From positions 308,290 to 372,289 of the forward strand of contig CAKAIO010000004.1 of the NCBI GenBank assembly GCA_916439305.1: 64,000 nucleotides of DNA, in the 5' to 3' direction. Shown piece by piece: positions 12,319-27,371 of the stretch (positions within the stretch are counted from its first letter, which is position 1; every line of letters begins with the position of its first letter). The notes under the pieces are model-generated. The model ran no database searches and was not told the origin of the DNA. It worked only from the letters and a program-made list of their open reading frames with translations. The translations under genes were made by a program, and so were the position numbers. Origin of the DNA: an uncultured Streptococcus sp. GTDB taxonomy: Bacteria; Bacillota; Bacilli; Lactobacillales; Streptococcaceae.

Positions 12319-13176
12319 ATGACACAGATGATTGATGGAAAGGCTTTAGCAGCCAAGTTACAAGGACAGTTGGCTGAAAAAACAGCCACATTAAAGGAAG
12401 AGACAGGTTTGGTTCCAGGATTGGTCGTTATTTTAGTCGGAGAAAATCCAGCAAGCCAAGTTTACGTACGCAACAAGGAGCGTTCTGCTATCGCTGCAGG
12501 CTTCCAAAGTGAAGTCGTGCGAGTTCCGGAGACCATTACTCAAGAGAAATTGTTAGAATTAATCGCTAAATACAATCAAGATCCAGCATGTCATGGGATT
12601 TTGGTTCAGCTTCCATTACCAAAACACATCGATGAAGAAGCTGTTTTACTAGCTATTGATCCAGAAAAGGATGTGGATGGTTTCCATCCACTCAACATGG
12701 GACGCCTCTGGTCTGGTCACCCAGTTATGATTCCTTCAACACCTGCAGGAATTATGGAAATGTTTCATGAATATGGGATTGACTTAGAAGGTAAAAATGC
12801 GGTCGTAATTGGTCGTTCAAATATTGTTGGGAAACCCATGGCTCAGTTACTGTTGGCTAAGAATGCAACTGTAACCTTGACCCACTCTCGTACCCACAAT
12901 CTAGCCCAAGTAGCTTCTAAAGCCGATATTTTGGTCGTAGCCATCGGTCGCGCCAAGTTCGTGACTGCTGACTTTGTCAAACCAGGTGCAGTTGTCATTG
13001 ATGTAGGGATGAACCGAGATGAAAATGGCAAGCTCTGTGGAGATGTTGACTACGATGCTGTTGCACCAATTGCTAGTCATATCACCCCTGTACCTGGTGG
13101 AGTTGGTCCAATGACCATTACCATGCTGATGGAACAGACTTATCAGGCTGCTTTAAGAACGCTGGATAAAAATTAA
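12319..13176 (+). CDS. folD: Bifunctional methylenetetrahydrofolate dehydrogenase/cyclohydrolase
   Basis: [42 protein letters not shown]. Confidence 0.97.
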   Translation: MTQMIDGKALAAKLQGQLAEKTATLKEETGLVPGLVVILVGENPASQVYVRNKERSAIAAGFQSEVVRVPETITQEKLLELIAKYNQDPACHGILVQLPLPKHIDEEAVLLAIDPEKDVDGFHPLNMGRLWSGHPVMIPSTPAGIMEMFHEYGIDLEGKNAVVIGRSNIVGKPMAQLLLAKNATVTLTHSRTHNLAQVASKADILVVAIGRAKFVTADFVKPGAVVIDVGMNRDENGKLCGDVDYDAVAPIASHITPVPGGVGPMTITMLMEQTYQAALRTLDKN

Positions 13177-13310
13177 GTTTATGATGAAAAATGGTTGAGA
13201 TAGTGATATCTCGACTTTTCATTTGCTGTAAAGATACTTATTTCAATTGATGTTTTTCTTTATTTTTTTGTAGTATAATAAAAATAGGAAGAAGCATGAA
13301 GGAGTAGCTT

Positions 13311-14159
13311 ATGAGAGAGATTGATCAGGCTCTACTGAAAAAAGTAATCATCGAGCGTCCTCGTTCTAGTCATAAGGGAGACTACGGTCGTCTTCTCTTG
13401 ATTGGGGGAACGTATCCCTATGGGGGAGCGATTATTATGGCTGCCTTAGGGGCGGTTAGAAGCGGTGCAGGCTTGGTGACAGTAGCAACGGATAAAGAGA
13501 ATATTTCAGCTCTACATAGCCATCTGCCGGAGGCTATGGCTTTTGACCTTGGTGATAAGCAACTACTTGAGCAACAGTTACAGAAAGCAAGTGTTGTCTT
13601 GGTCGGACCTGGACTAGTGGATGATGAGCGTGGAGAAGAGCTTCTCCAAACAGTCTTTCATCATTCAAATCAAGATCAGACCCTCATACTGGATGGTGGC
13701 GCCCTATCCATTGTTGCTAAGACGGGAATGAAATTTCCTAAGGCTCAGCTTGTTTTAACTCCACACCAAAGAGAATGGCAAGTCTTGTCAGGATTAGATT
13801 TGGATTCCCAAGGAACTGAGGAAACAGGAGAGACTTTGAAGAGATTTCCTTCAGGAACGATTCTAGTTCAAAAAGGTCCTGCGACTCGAATCTGGCAAGC
13901 AGCTCAAGCTGGTTGTTATCAACTGGGTGTTGGTGGTCCTTATCAGGCGACTGGGGGAATGGGTGATACTCTGGCTGGTATGATTGCTGGTTTTGCAGGG
14001 CAATTTCCTCGAGCAAGTCTCTATGAAAGAGTGACAGTAGCGACCTATCTACATTCAGCAATTGCTGAAGAATTGGCTGAGGACAACTTTGTAGTTCTGC
14101 CAACCACGATTAGTCAACATATTCCTACATTCATGAAAAAAATACAAAAAGACACCTGA
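13311..14159 (+). CDS. nnrD: ADP-dependent NAD(P)H-hydrate dehydratase (YjeF C-terminal domain)
   Basis: R..SHKGDYG, LTPHQRE and ATGGMGDTLAG motifs. Confidence 0.88.
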   Translation: MREIDQALLKKVIIERPRSSHKGDYGRLLLIGGTYPYGGAIIMAALGAVRSGAGLVTVATDKENISALHSHLPEAMAFDLGDKQLLEQQLQKASVVLVGPGLVDDERGEELLQTVFHHSNQDQTLILDGGALSIVAKTGMKFPKAQLVLTPHQREWQVLSGLDLDSQGTEETGETLKRFPSGTILVQKGPATRIWQAAQAGCYQLGVGGPYQATGGMGDTLAGMIAGFAGQFPRASLYERVTVATYLHSAIAEELAEDNFVVLPTTISQHIPTFMKKIQKDT

Positions 14160-14178
14160 AAATATCAGGTGTCTTTTG
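14146..14178. terminator. Bidirectional intrinsic terminator
   Basis: AAAAGACACCTGA-loop-TCAGGTGTCTTTT between convergent genes. Confidence 0.75.
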
Positions 14179-14182
14179 ATGA

Positions 14183-14368
14183 TTAGAAGAGACCTTTGAC
14201 CTTATCTACAAGACCGTCAAGTTCTTCTGAGCCTGAAACCAAAGCTTGCGCTTGGCTTAGGTACTCACCGAGTTGATCCTTGTTTTCTTCAACAAATGTT
14301 TTTGCTGCAGAAAAATCTTTGTTCTCAATGAGTTCTTTTACTTGGTTAAACAAATCTAATGGGTTCAT
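14183..14368 (-). CDS. Small (61 aa) hypothetical helical protein
   Basis: Strong RBS AAGGAGG, acidic amphipathic sequence and its own terminator. Confidence 0.75.
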   Translation of the reverse strand: MNPLDLFNQVKELIENKDFSAAKTFVEENKDQLGEYLSQAQALVSGSEELDGLVDKVKGLF

Positions 14369-14485
14369 GAGTTCCCTCCTTTTCTACAATTCTATTCAAT
14401 TATTTTTTTCAAATCTTGCAAGAAACTTGACTCTTCAAATAAAGTTCAGGGATGTCAAATGGTGCAAATTTTGATATAATTTTTA

Positions 14486-16938
14486 GTGATGAATTTTAGA
14501 AATAATCGGTATGTGGTTGTAGATTTAGAAGCAACAAGTACCGGAAGTAAGGCAAAAATCATCCAAGTGGGAATTGTAGTCATTGAAGATGGTGAGATTG
14601 TTGAACAGTATGCGACTGATGTCAACCCTCATGAACACTTGGATTCTCATATCAAAGAATTAACGGGTTTGACTGATAAACGTTTGGCAAAGGCTCCAGA
14701 GTTTTCTCAGGTGGCTGAAAAGATTTTTGAACTGGTCAAAGACGGTGTTTTTGTTGCGCACAATGTTCAGTTTGATGCTAATTTATTGGCAGAATTCCTC
14801 TTTTTTGAGGGTTATGAATTGCGCACGCCTCGTATCGATACAGTGGAGTTGGCTCAGATATTTTACCCTCAGCTTGAGAAGTATAATCTCGGCATTCTTT
14901 GCCAAGAGTTGGGGATTCCTCTAGAGCAAGCCCATTCAGCCCTATCTGATGCCCAAGCAACAGCAGAACTCTTTCTTTGTATGAGACAAAAGATGTTTGG
15001 ACTGCCAAAAGGGTTGTTGGAGCGCTTATTGAGTTTATCAGATAGCTTACTCTATGAATCTTACCTAGTCATCGAGGAAGTTTATCAGAAACAGTCTCTC
15101 CTCGTTGAGCATGATTTGGTAGAAGTGCAAGGCTTATTCTTAAGAAAAGAGAAGCCATTCCCTTCTCCACGCAAACTTTCAAAAGATTTCCAAACTAATA
15201 TTGCCTTGCTAGGTTTGGAGGAGAGAAGTCAACAAGAAGAATTTGCCCAAAAGGTTCAAGAGTTTTTACAAGGGGAAGCCATTTCCTTTATTCAGGCTCA
15301 AACAGGAATCGGGAAAACCTATGGTTACCTGCTGCCGGCCTTATCACTTGAGAATGAAGGGGGAATCCTACTCAGTGTTCCGACTAAAATCCTTCAAAAT
15401 CAGGTGATGCAAGAGGAGGCTAAAAAACTAGAAGAGATTTTCCATATCTCTATTCATAGTCTTAAAGGTCCTCAGAATTACTTGAAGCTAGATGCCTTTC
15501 ATGCAGCGCTAGAGGAAGAAGAGTCCAATCGTTTGTATACTCGTTTCAAGATGCAACTTCTAGTTTGGTTGACAGAGACAGATACAGGAGATTTAGACGA
15601 GATTGGTCAGCTATATCGCTACCAGCAGTTTTTACCGAACTTGGTTCATGATGGCAACCTTCACAAAGACTCTCTCTTTTGGCTAGAGGATTTTTGGAAA
15701 CGAGGTCAGAAAAAGGCTCGTTCTTGCAAGTTGCTTGTGACCAATCATGCTTACCTCGTTACTCGACTTGAAGATGATCCTAGTCTCTTAGAAGGGCGTC
15801 TCTTGATTTTAGATGAAGCCCAGAAAGTCTTGTTGACATTGGAAAATCTTTCTCGTAAAACTTATTTGCTAACGGATTTGCTAGATCAACTAGACCAAGC
15901 TCTATCGAGGGAAGAAGGTATGCTTCAAAGACGCTTGCTAGAGAGTATTCGTTTTGAAGTTTCTTACCTACTCGATCAGTTTCTATCTGGTAAACGTAGG
16001 ATGTGTCCAGCTAGTAGCATTGACAAGCTCCGCCAAGATTTTTCTGAGTTGAATTTACCAGAATTTAAAGACTATCAGAGATTTTTTACATCTGAGGGAG
16101 AATTTTGGTTATCGACTTCAGATGTGTCTAGTAAGAAGGTTGAAATCACTTCTAGTCGCAATCATCGTTTGCTCTTTTCTCAGATTTTCCCAGAATCCTG
16201 TCAGCTATTAGGAATCTCTGCAACTCTTGAAATTAGTAGTAGGGTTTCTTTACCAGAATTGTTAGGTTTTCCTCGAGCTGCCTTTACTGCATGGACGAAC
16301 AGTTTCAGGAAAATCAGGAAATCTTGTTGGTGAAGGATTTTCCGTTGGTGACAGAAATTTCATCTGAGGAATATGCACAAGCAATTGTAGAAGTTCTAGA
16401 AGAATTATTCCAGCTTGAAGAACCCATTCTAGTCTTATTTACTGCAAAAGATTTATTGTTGCAAGTTTCAGATGCTTTGAGGGTTCCCCATCTGGCCCAG
16501 TATAAGCACGGTGAACCTGCCCTGTTAAAAAAACGTTTTGAAAGAGGCGAGCGTGAGCTCTTGCTTGGGGCGGGAAGTTTTTGGGAAGGTGTTGATTTTT
16601 CAAGACATCCTCGAGTGATTGAAGTGGTGACTCGATTACCTTTCCAAAATCCAGAAGATCCCTTTACTAAAAAGATGAATCAAGAACTTCGTTTGGAAGG
16701 GAAAAATCCTTTTTACGATTATCAGCTTCCTATGGCTATTATTCGTCTTAAGCAAGCGATTGGACGAACCATGCGTCGAGTGGGGCAACGCTCTGCAGTT
16801 CTGATTCTAGATAGCCGCATGGCAAGTAAACGCTATGGTAAGCAAATCAGCAAGTCTTTGGCTCGAAGCAATCGTGTTAGAGTCATTAGCCGAGAGCAAG
16901 TGTTCTCAAAAGTTCAAGAATTTTTAAATAAACAATGA
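14486..16938 (+). CDS. dinG: DnaQ-family exonuclease/DinG-family helicase fusion; frameshift near 16290
   Basis: VVDLEAT, VAHNVQFD and H.ALSDA exonuclease motifs; QAQTGIGKT, LDEAQ, SFWEGVD and QAIGR helicase motifs. Confidence 0.9.
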
Positions 16939-16971
16939 AATGAATACCTGAAAGAATGAAGGAGGCCTTTT

Positions 16972-18209
16972 ATGAAACGTTCTCTCGACTCTAGGGTCGA
17001 TTATAGTTTAATATTACCAGTATTTTGTTTGTTGGTGATTGGAGTTGTAGCTATTTATATAGCAGTTAGTCATGACTACCCAAACAATGTTTGGCCCATA
17101 CTTGGACAACAACTGGCTTGGATATCTCTAGGGATTGTTTTTTTAGCTTCATAGTCATGTTTTTTTAACACAAAATTTCTCTGGCAGTCCACGCCTTATT
17201 TATATGGACTCGGTCTAGCCTTTGATGGTCTTGCCTTTTAGTCTTCTACAACCCGAGTTTAGTAGCTGCAACTGGTGCAAAAAAACTGGGTGTCAATCGG
17301 TGGTTATACACTCTTTCAACCCTTCCGAATTCATGAAGATATCCTATATTTTGATGCTGGCATACGTTATCGTAACCTTTACCAAGAAACATAAAGATAA
17401 AAGAACGAACCGTTGGCTTAGATTTTTCTATTAATTTTGTGGATGATTATATTCACGATGCCTGTTATGGTTTTTATTAGCCTTGCAAAGTGACCTTGGA
17501 ACAGCTATGGTTTTTTTGTTGCAATCTTTGCAGGACTTGTCTTATTGTCTGGTGTTTCTTGGAAGATTATTATTCCAATTTTTTTGTAGCAGTTGTGTCG
17601 GCAATTGCAGGCTTCCTAGCAATCTTTATCACAAAAGATGGGCGTGCCTTTATGCATCAGATTGGGATGCCAACTTATCAGATAAATCGTATCCTAGCTT
17701 GGCTCAATCCGTTTGATTATGCCCAAACGACTACCTATCAACAGGCGCAGGGTCAAATTGCGATTGGTAGCGGTGGAATTTTTGGTCAAGGCTTTAATGT
17801 GTCCAATCTTCTCATTCCAGTCCGCGAGAGTGATATGATTTTCACAGTAATTGCGGAAGATTTTGGATTTATTGGTTCAGTTGTTGTGGTTGCACTCTAT
17901 CTACTGCTCATCTATCGCATGTTAAAGATTACCCTAAAATCCAATAATCAATTTTATACCTATATCTCAACTGGATTTATCATGATGCTCTTGTTCCATA
18001 TCTTTGAAAATATTGGTGCGGTTACTGGTCTTCTCCCTCTGACAGGGATTCCTTTGCCCTTTATTTCTCAAGGGGGATCAGCTATTATCAGTAATCTAAT
18101 TGGTGTCGGTTTGCTGTTATCGATGAGCTACCAAACCCATTTGGCTGATGAAAAGAGTGGTCGAACAAGATTCAAACGTAAAAAAGTTGTGTTGAAAAAA
18201 GTGAAATAA
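16972..18209 (+). CDS. rodA: SEDS family peptidoglycan polymerase RodA; many frameshifts 17140-17590
   Basis: PSEFMK, QSDLGT, IAIGSGG, ESDMIF, GIPLPFISQGGS. Confidence 0.9.
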
Positions 18210-18219
18210 GGAGGTCGCT

Positions 18220-18768
18220 ATGTCTAAAGTTGCAGTTATCCTAGCAAACGGCTTCGAAGAAATCGAAGCCTTGACGGTCGTAGATGTCATGCGCCGCGCA
18301 AATATCACCTGCCATATGGTAGGATTTGAAGATAAAGTGACAGGTTCACATGCTATTCAAGTTCAAGCTGATCGCGTGTTTGATGGTAATTTATCAGAGT
18401 ATGACATGATTGTCCTTCCAGGCGGTATGCCTGGTGCTGTCCACTTGAGGGACAATGAACAATTAATCACTGAACTTCAAAAATTTGAGAAAATCGGTAA
18501 AAAAGTAGCAGCTATCTGTGCTGCTCCAATTGCTTTGAATCGAGCTGGTCTCCTAGAAGGAAGAAACTTCACCTGCTATGATGGAGTCCAAGAACAAATT
18601 GCTGACGGTCACTACCACAAAGAAACAGTCGTAGTGGATGGAAATATCATTACGAGCCGTGGGCCAGCAACAGCTTTAGCCTTTGCTTACCACTTGGTTG
18701 AAACATTGGGCGGAGATGCTGAGTCTCTAAGAAATAGCATGCTCTACACAGACCTATTTGAAAAATAA
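18220..18768 (+). CDS. DJ-1/PfpI (YajL/ThiJ-like) family protein
   Basis: GFEEIEA, LPGG, AAICAAP, TSRGPATA. Confidence 0.92.
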   Translation: MSKVAVILANGFEEIEALTVVDVMRRANITCHMVGFEDKVTGSHAIQVQADRVFDGNLSEYDMIVLPGGMPGAVHLRDNEQLITELQKFEKIGKKVAAICAAPIALNRAGLLEGRNFTCYDGVQEQIADGHYHKETVVVDGNIITSRGPATALAFAYHLVETLGGDAESLRNSMLYTDLFEK

Positions 18769-18879
18769 TGAACAAACTGAGGAGAATCTTTCTTGATGGA
18801 GAAGATTCTTCTCTTTTTTTAATGGCAAAAACCAAGGTAAACATCGCTTTTTTTTATAAAAAATGGTATAATGAAGGGT

Positions 18880-21404
<2,525 letters not shown>

Positions 21405-21484
21405 AAAAATTGGGAAATAGTTCCCAAGGTTTGAAAAATATGATATAATCATTACAATTGTGTCATGTATAAAAGGAGTTTGAT

Positions 21485-23213
21485 ATGTCAAATAATCAGT
21501 TGATTATTACTTTGATTGGAATTGCAGTCCTGCTTCTTATTGCTTTTGCAGTAACAATTTTGCTACGTAAACGAAATGAGAGTAGACTTGCAGCTTTAGA
21601 AGAAAAAAAAGAAGAACTATATAACCTTCCTGTTAATGATGAGGTAGAGGTTGTAAAAAACATGCATCTGATTGGTCAAAGTCAGGTTGCTTTTAGAGAA
21701 TGGAACCAAAAATGGGTAGATTTGTCTCTTAACTCTTTTGCAGATATTGAGAATAACCTCTTTGAAGCTGAAGGATACAATAACTCATTCCGTTTCTTGA
21801 AAGCTAAGCACCAGATTGATCAAATTGAAAGTCAAATCCAACTTGTTGAAGAAGATATTGCAGCAATTCGTAATGCCTTGTCTGAGTTGGAAAAACAAGA
21901 GTCAAAAAATAGTGGACGTGTTCTGCATGCCCTAGATTTATTTGAGAAACTACAAAACACTGTAGCTGAAGATCCTGAAAAATATGGTCAAGCTCTTCCA
22001 GAAATTGAAAAACAATTGGAGAACATCCAATCTGAGTTTTCTCAATTTGTAACCTTGAATTCTTCGGGAGATCCGGTTGAAGCAGCAGGGATTTTAGATA
22101 ATGCTGAAAATCATATTTTAGCTTTGACACATATCGTTGAAAGAATTCCAGCGATTGTCACTAAGCTTACTACTGAATTGCCAGAACAACTTGAAGATTT
22201 AGAAGCTGGTTACCGCAAGCTTTTAGATGAAAACTACCATTTTGTAGAAACTGATATCGAATCTCGTCTCCAACTTCTCTATGAAGCCTTGAAGAATAAT
22301 CATGAAAATATCCGTACATTGGAGTTGGATAATGCAGAGTATGAAAACACTCAAATCCAAGAAGAAATCAATGCATTTTATGATATTTTCACTCGTGAAA
22401 TTGCAGCCCATAAAGCTTTTGAGAAATTGGTAACCACCCTTCCTACCTATCTTAAACACTTGAAAGAAAACAATCAGGTACTAGTTAAAGATATCGAACG
22501 TCTTGGGAAAAACCTATTTGATTTCAGAAAGCGATGTGAATCGAGTTCGTCGTCTTCAAGCTGATATCTCAGCCTTGAATGCTACTATTGAAGAAATGAC
22601 TCATGCAGAGTCAGAAGTTTCAGAAGCATATTCTGTCTTACAAGAACGTCTGGAAAATCTCCAATCTACATTAAAAGATATTGAAGATAACCAAATCGGT
22701 GTTAGTGAACGTCTCGTTAAAATTGAAAAAGATGACATCAATGCTCGTCAAAAAGCAAATGTATATGTCAACCGTCTGCATACGATTAAACGCTACATGG
22801 AGAAGAGAAATCTTCCAGGAATTCCACAAAAATTCTTGAAGCTCTTCTTTGATGCAAGTCACAGTACAGAAGACTTGATGGCTGAGTTGGAACAAGCGCA
22901 AGTGAATATCGAATCTGTGAATCGTATCCTTGAGATTGCGACAAATGATATGAATATGTTGGAAGAAGAAACATACAGTATCGTTCAAAATGCAACATTG
23001 ACAGAACAATTGCTTCAATATTCGAACCGTTACAGATCATTTGATGATCGTATTCAACAAGCTTTCCAAGAAGCTTTGAATATCTTTGAAACAACATTTG
23101 ATTACCAAGCATCTTTCGAAAAAATCTCTCAAGCATTAGAAGTTGCTGAGCCTGGTGTTACCAATCGCTTCGTTACTTCTTATGAAAAAACAAGAGAAAG
23201 TATTCGTTTCTAA
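21485..23213 (+). CDS. ezrA: Septation ring formation regulator EzrA; frameshift near 22510
   Basis: N-terminal TM, long coiled coil, QNR-patch-like LQYSNRY; follows gyrB. Confidence 0.93.
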
Positions 23214-23328
23214 TTTATAAAAGAATCCTAGATTTTTCTAGGGTTCTTTTACTTTTCTTTACCTATTTTAAATCTTTTTGTGCCATGTTTTCATTGAAAT
23301 TATAGCTCATATTTGATATGATAAGACT

Positions 23329-24723
23329 ATGACAAAAAAGAGATTACCCCAGAATAAAGTAAAGAAGAAAAACAATAAAAAACTTGGCATACTTGTCTTG
23401 CTTTTGTTTTTCACAATGCTAGCACTCGGTAGTGTGATTACCTATAAAGTGTTGAACAAGCAAGCCTTTGAACAGAAGATTGAGAGTCTCAAGAAGGAAA
23501 AAGATGAAGCCTACTCCCAAGGAAGTCAAAAAGAACATTTCCGTAAAGAGAAATCAGAAATCATCACCTATTATCCACTAGTCGGGGACAACCTTATCTC
23601 CCCTGTCAAAGATATCATCGTAAAAGACATCACTGACAAAGTAGAAGGTAAAGAACAGTTGATTTTTTATTACTCAGAAAAAGGGGATTCCACTTTAACT
23701 GGGGTTGAAAATCGTTTGATTAAAAAACAGGCCTATGACTTAGCAAATTCTAATGTCGTTGAATTAGAAAATACTACTTTAGACCAGCTGTATCTGAAAG
23801 AGGATGGCTCTATCTTTACCTTGGATCAACTCTTTACAGACCCATCCACAGCTAAAGAAAAAATCCTTGAGGGTGTTAAGTCAGCTCTCCAAGATAAAAA
23901 AATTGAGCAATCAATTGTTGACCAAGTTTCAGCTGATTTTTCAGCTGCAGAATTGTCAAGCTGGAAGTTTGCTTACAAAGATAGTCAATTAGTTCTATAT
24001 CCAGTCAAAGCAATGCCTAATATAGAAGAAATAGCAATGCCTATTTCAGATTTCTTTGATTTTATTCAGACATCCTATCTAACAGAAAAAGATGCTGAAC
24101 TTTATAAAAAAGTTCAAGCAGAAAAACATAAAAAAGTGGTAGCTCTTACCTTTGATGATGGTCCTGATGGTAATACAACACCACAAGCCTTGGATATCTT
24201 AGCTAAGTACAAAATCAAAGCTACCTTCTTTGTCCAAGGGAAAAATATTGCAGGTAATGAAGCTATCCTTAAACGTATGCAGGCTGAGGGGCATGAAGTC
24301 GGAAATCATAGTTGGAACCATCCAGTTTTAACACAACTCTCATTAGAAGATGCTAAGAAACAAATTACGGATACAGAATCAGCAATCACTAGTGTTCTCG
24401 GAAAGAGTTCAAAATTGATGCGCCCACCATATGGTGCCATCTCAGATGATATCCGTAATAGTCTCGATTTGAGCTTTATTATGTGGGATGTCGATAGCTT
24501 AGACTGGAAGAGTAAAAACGAAGCAGCCATTCTAACAGAAATTCAACGTCAGACGACTGATGGTTCTATTATCCTTATGCACGATATCCATCAAACATCT
24601 GTTAACTCATTGCCAAAAGTTATTGAATATTTGCAGGGACAAGGGTATAGCTTTGTTACAGTCTCTGAGTTACTAGGGAATCATGTAAAACCACATGAGA
24701 TATACTATTCTCGAAACCAATAG
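23329..24723 (+). CDS. pgdA: Peptidoglycan GlcNAc deacetylase
   Basis: N-terminal TM; NodB motifs TFDDGP, HSWNH, RPPYG, DSLDW, LMHD. Confidence 0.9.
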   Translation: MTKKRLPQNKVKKKNNKKLGILVLLLFFTMLALGSVITYKVLNKQAFEQKIESLKKEKDEAYSQGSQKEHFRKEKSEIITYYPLVGDNLISPVKDIIVKDITDKVEGKEQLIFYYSEKGDSTLTGVENRLIKKQAYDLANSNVVELENTTLDQLYLKEDGSIFTLDQLFTDPSTAKEKILEGVKSALQDKKIEQSIVDQVSADFSAAELSSWKFAYKDSQLVLYPVKAMPNIEEIAMPISDFFDFIQTSYLTEKDAELYKKVQAEKHKKVVALTFDDGPDGNTTPQALDILAKYKIKATFFVQGKNIAGNEAILKRMQAEGHEVGNHSWNHPVLTQLSLEDAKKQITDTESAITSVLGKSSKLMRPPYGAISDDIRNSLDLSFIMWDVDSLDWKSKNEAAILTEIQRQTTDGSIILMHDIHQTSVNSLPKVIEYLQGQGYSFVTVSELLGNHVKPHEIYYSRNQ

Positions 24724-24809
24724 TTGAAATTAAATTCAAATATTAGAAAAAAATTAAAAAAGATTATTTTTATCTTGACAAGTAGGGAAAAACTTGATAT
24801 CATATACAA

Positions 24810-24945
24810 GATGAGAAAAGCAGAAGTGAGAACTTCTCGCCTTGCGACTAACGTTGTCTGGCCCCTACAGATCAAGTTTCAGAAATGAACTATAATCATG
24901 TAGAGCGGATTTGCGTTAGCAAGTCCGCTCTTGTTTTTCTCTAAA
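24810..24945 (+). promoter_or_regulatory. L20 leader (ribosomal protein leader RNA)
   Basis: Follows TTGACA-N17-TATCAT. AGCAGAAG...CTTCTCGCC 5' hairpin, then GAGCGGATTTGC/GCAAGTCCGCTC stem with U-tract, upstream of infC-rpmI-rplT. Confidence 0.8.
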
Positions 24946-24966
24946 ATAAAAAAAGAGGTGAAAACC

Positions 24967-25488
24967 ATAGCAAAGCAAGACTTATTCATCAATGATGAAA
25001 TTCGTGTACGTGAAGTTCGCTTAATCGGTCTTGAGGGCGAACAATTGGGTATCAAACCACTTGGTGAAGCGCAAGCACTTGCGGACGACGCTAATGTGGA
25101 CTTGGTTCTCATTCAACCTCAAGCTAAACCTCCTGTTGCGAAAATTATGGACTACGGTAAGTTCAAATTTGAGTACCAGAAGAAACAAAAAGAACAACGC
25201 AAAAAACAAAGCGTTGTGACCGTGAAAGAAGTTCGATTGAGCCCAGTTATTGATAAGGGTGATTTCGATACGAAACTTCGCAGTGCTCGCAAGTTCCTTG
25301 AAAAAGGGAACAAAGTGAAGGTTTCCATTCGCTTTAAGGGTCGTATGATTACCCATAAAGAGATTGGAGCAAAAGTTTTAGCCGATTTCGCTGAAGCAAC
25401 TCAAGATATTGCTATCATCGAACAACGTGCTAAAATGGATGGTCGTCAAATGTTCATGCAGTTGGCCCCAGCAACTGACAAGAAATAA
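24967..25488 (+). CDS. infC: Translation initiation factor IF-3 (non-canonical ATA start)
   Basis: [33 protein letters not shown] 6 nt before ATA GCA AAG. Confidence 0.96.
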   Translation: MAKQDLFINDEIRVREVRLIGLEGEQLGIKPLGEAQALADDANVDLVLIQPQAKPPVAKIMDYGKFKFEYQKKQKEQRKKQSVVTVKEVRLSPVIDKGDFDTKLRSARKFLEKGNKVKVSIRFKGRMITHKEIGAKVLADFAEATQDIAIIEQRAKMDGRQMFMQLAPATDKK

Positions 25489-25521
25489 TCTGTCAGAAAG
25501 TTAAAAAAAGGAGAAAATATC

Positions 25522-25722
25522 ATGCCAAAACAAAAAACACACCGCGCATCAGCTAAACGTTTCAAACGTACAGGTTCTGGTGGACTTAAACGTTTCCGTG
25601 CTTACACTTCTCACCGTTTCCACGGAAAAACTAAGAAACAACGTCGTCATCTTCGTAAAGCATCTATGGTGCATTCAGGAGATTTCAAACGTATCAAAGC
25701 AATGCTTACTCGCTTGAAATAA
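25522..25722 (+). CDS. rpmI: 50S ribosomal protein L35
   Basis: [20 protein letters not shown]. Confidence 0.98.
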   Translation: MPKQKTHRASAKRFKRTGSGGLKRFRAYTSHRFHGKTKKQRRHLRKASMVHSGDFKRIKAMLTRLK

Positions 25723-25771
25723 TCGCGTATTTGTAAGTTAACAATTCTAGGAAATATTGGAGGAAATATAA

Positions 25772-26131
25772 ATGGCACGTGTTAAAGGTGGCGTTGTATC
25801 ACGCAAACGTCGTAAACGTATTTTAAAATTAGCAAAAGGTTACTATGGAGCTAAACACATCTTGTTCCGTACTGCAAAAGAACAAGTAATGAACTCTTAC
25901 TACTATGCATACCGTGACCGTCGTCAAAAGAAACGTGACTTCCGCAAATTGTGGATCACACGTATCAATGCGGCAGCTCGTATGAACGGACTTTCATACT
26001 CACAATTGATGCATGGTTTGAAATTGGCTGAGATCGAAGTTAACCGTAAAATGCTTGCTGACTTGGCTGTTAACGATGCAGCAGCTTTCACAGCTCTTGC
26101 AGATGCAGCTAAAGCAAAACTTGGTAAATAA
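25772..26131 (+). CDS. rplT: 50S ribosomal protein L20
   Basis: MARVKGG...[13 protein letters not shown]. Confidence 0.98.
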   Translation: MARVKGGVVSRKRRKRILKLAKGYYGAKHILFRTAKEQVMNSYYYAYRDRRQKKRDFRKLWITRINAAARMNGLSYSQLMHGLKLAEIEVNRKMLADLAVNDAAAFTALADAAKAKLGK

Positions 26132-26188
26132 TTATTCATAAGACTGGTGCAAATTTGTCCCAGTCTTTTTTAAACAAAGGAGAAAAAT

Positions 26189-26569
26189 ATGGCTTCAAAA
26201 ATGTTACATACTTGCTTGCGAGTAGAAAATCTTGAAAAATCAATTGCTTTTTACCAAGATGCTTTTGGATTTAAGGAATTACGTCGCAAGGATTTTCCAG
26301 ACTATGCTTTTACGATTGTTTATCTAGGTCTTGACGATGATGATTATGAATTGGAGTTGACTTACAACTATGATCATGGGCCTTATGTTGTGGGTGACGG
26401 CTTTGCTCACATCGCTCTAAGTACACCTGACCTTGAAGCTCTTCACAAAGAACATAGCGAAAAAGGTTATGAAGTAACGGAACCTAAGGGACTTCCAGGT
26501 ACTCAACCAAACTATTACTTTATCAAAGATCCAGATGGATACAAGGTAGAAGTGATTCGTGAAAAATAA
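26189..26569 (+). CDS. gloA: Lactoylglutathione lyase (glyoxalase I)
   Basis: LHTCLRV, LELTYN, DPDGYKVE. Confidence 0.9.
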   Translation: MASKMLHTCLRVENLEKSIAFYQDAFGFKELRRKDFPDYAFTIVYLGLDDDDYELELTYNYDHGPYVVGDGFAHIALSTPDLEALHKEHSEKGYEVTEPKGLPGTQPNYYFIKDPDGYKVEVIREK

Positions 26570-26779
26570 TAAAAACTCCTTATTTGTCAAATTGAGTTAG
26601 ACCATTTCACCTGACTCAGAAAAACTTGATACGGAGTAGTATAGGTCATTTATGTTAGTTTCTTTCAGACAAATGTGAGTGTTTTTCTGAGACTAACATA
26701 GATGGCTTTTTTCTATCTAGTTTGATTTGATAATTTGGGATATAATAAAAATAATTAAACAAATTAGTGGGAGAAAAAG

Positions 26780-27214
26780 ATGTCAGACCAAAATCCAAAT
26801 GTAGAGCTAAACAAAGAAGAAGATAAACTAATTGTAGAAAATAATTCGGTGGAAGATATGCAGAATGGTCCAAAAGCTGTCAAGAAACCTTCGGCTCTTC
26901 TATCTTTCTCATTTTATTTGGCGCTTACCTATATTCTTCTATTTATATCTATTGCTTTAGTTGCTGGTCCATGGGGAATTGTATTCTTGATTTTTCTAGG
27001 TCCTAATTTAATTGCTTACGCTATAGCAACTGTCTTAACACAGATAGGAATCAAGAAAGTAAATAGAAATTTCTTGTATGCGAGTGCAGGATTTTATTTG
27101 CTTTCAGGACTCTTTGCATTCGACCCGGATTGGCAGATTTTTAGGATTTTTCCTTTTCTCTCCCTAGTTCTAGTTTTAATCGGGATATTTTTAACGAAAG
27201 ATACAAGTAATTAA
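26780..27214 (+). CDS. Hypothetical membrane protein (about 4 TM)
   Basis: Acidic N-terminal tail then hydrophobic helices; RBS and upstream TATAAT. Confidence 0.75.
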   Translation: MSDQNPNVELNKEEDKLIVENNSVEDMQNGPKAVKKPSALLSFSFYLALTYILLFISIALVAGPWGIVFLIFLGPNLIAYAIATVLTQIGIKKVNRNFLYASAGFYLLSGLFAFDPDWQIFRIFPFLSLVLVLIGIFLTKDTSN

Positions 27215-27371
27215 ATTAAAAAAGCTAGGCGCAACTCTTCTTCGAACTTATTTCATATCATAAAACCATAGCCTTTAAGGCTGTGGTTTTTTAGTTTGAT
27301 AAGTATAAAAGTATCTGTTTTTCTATTTTTTAAATGGTATAATAGAGAAAGAATAAGGGAGGTGAGAAAGA

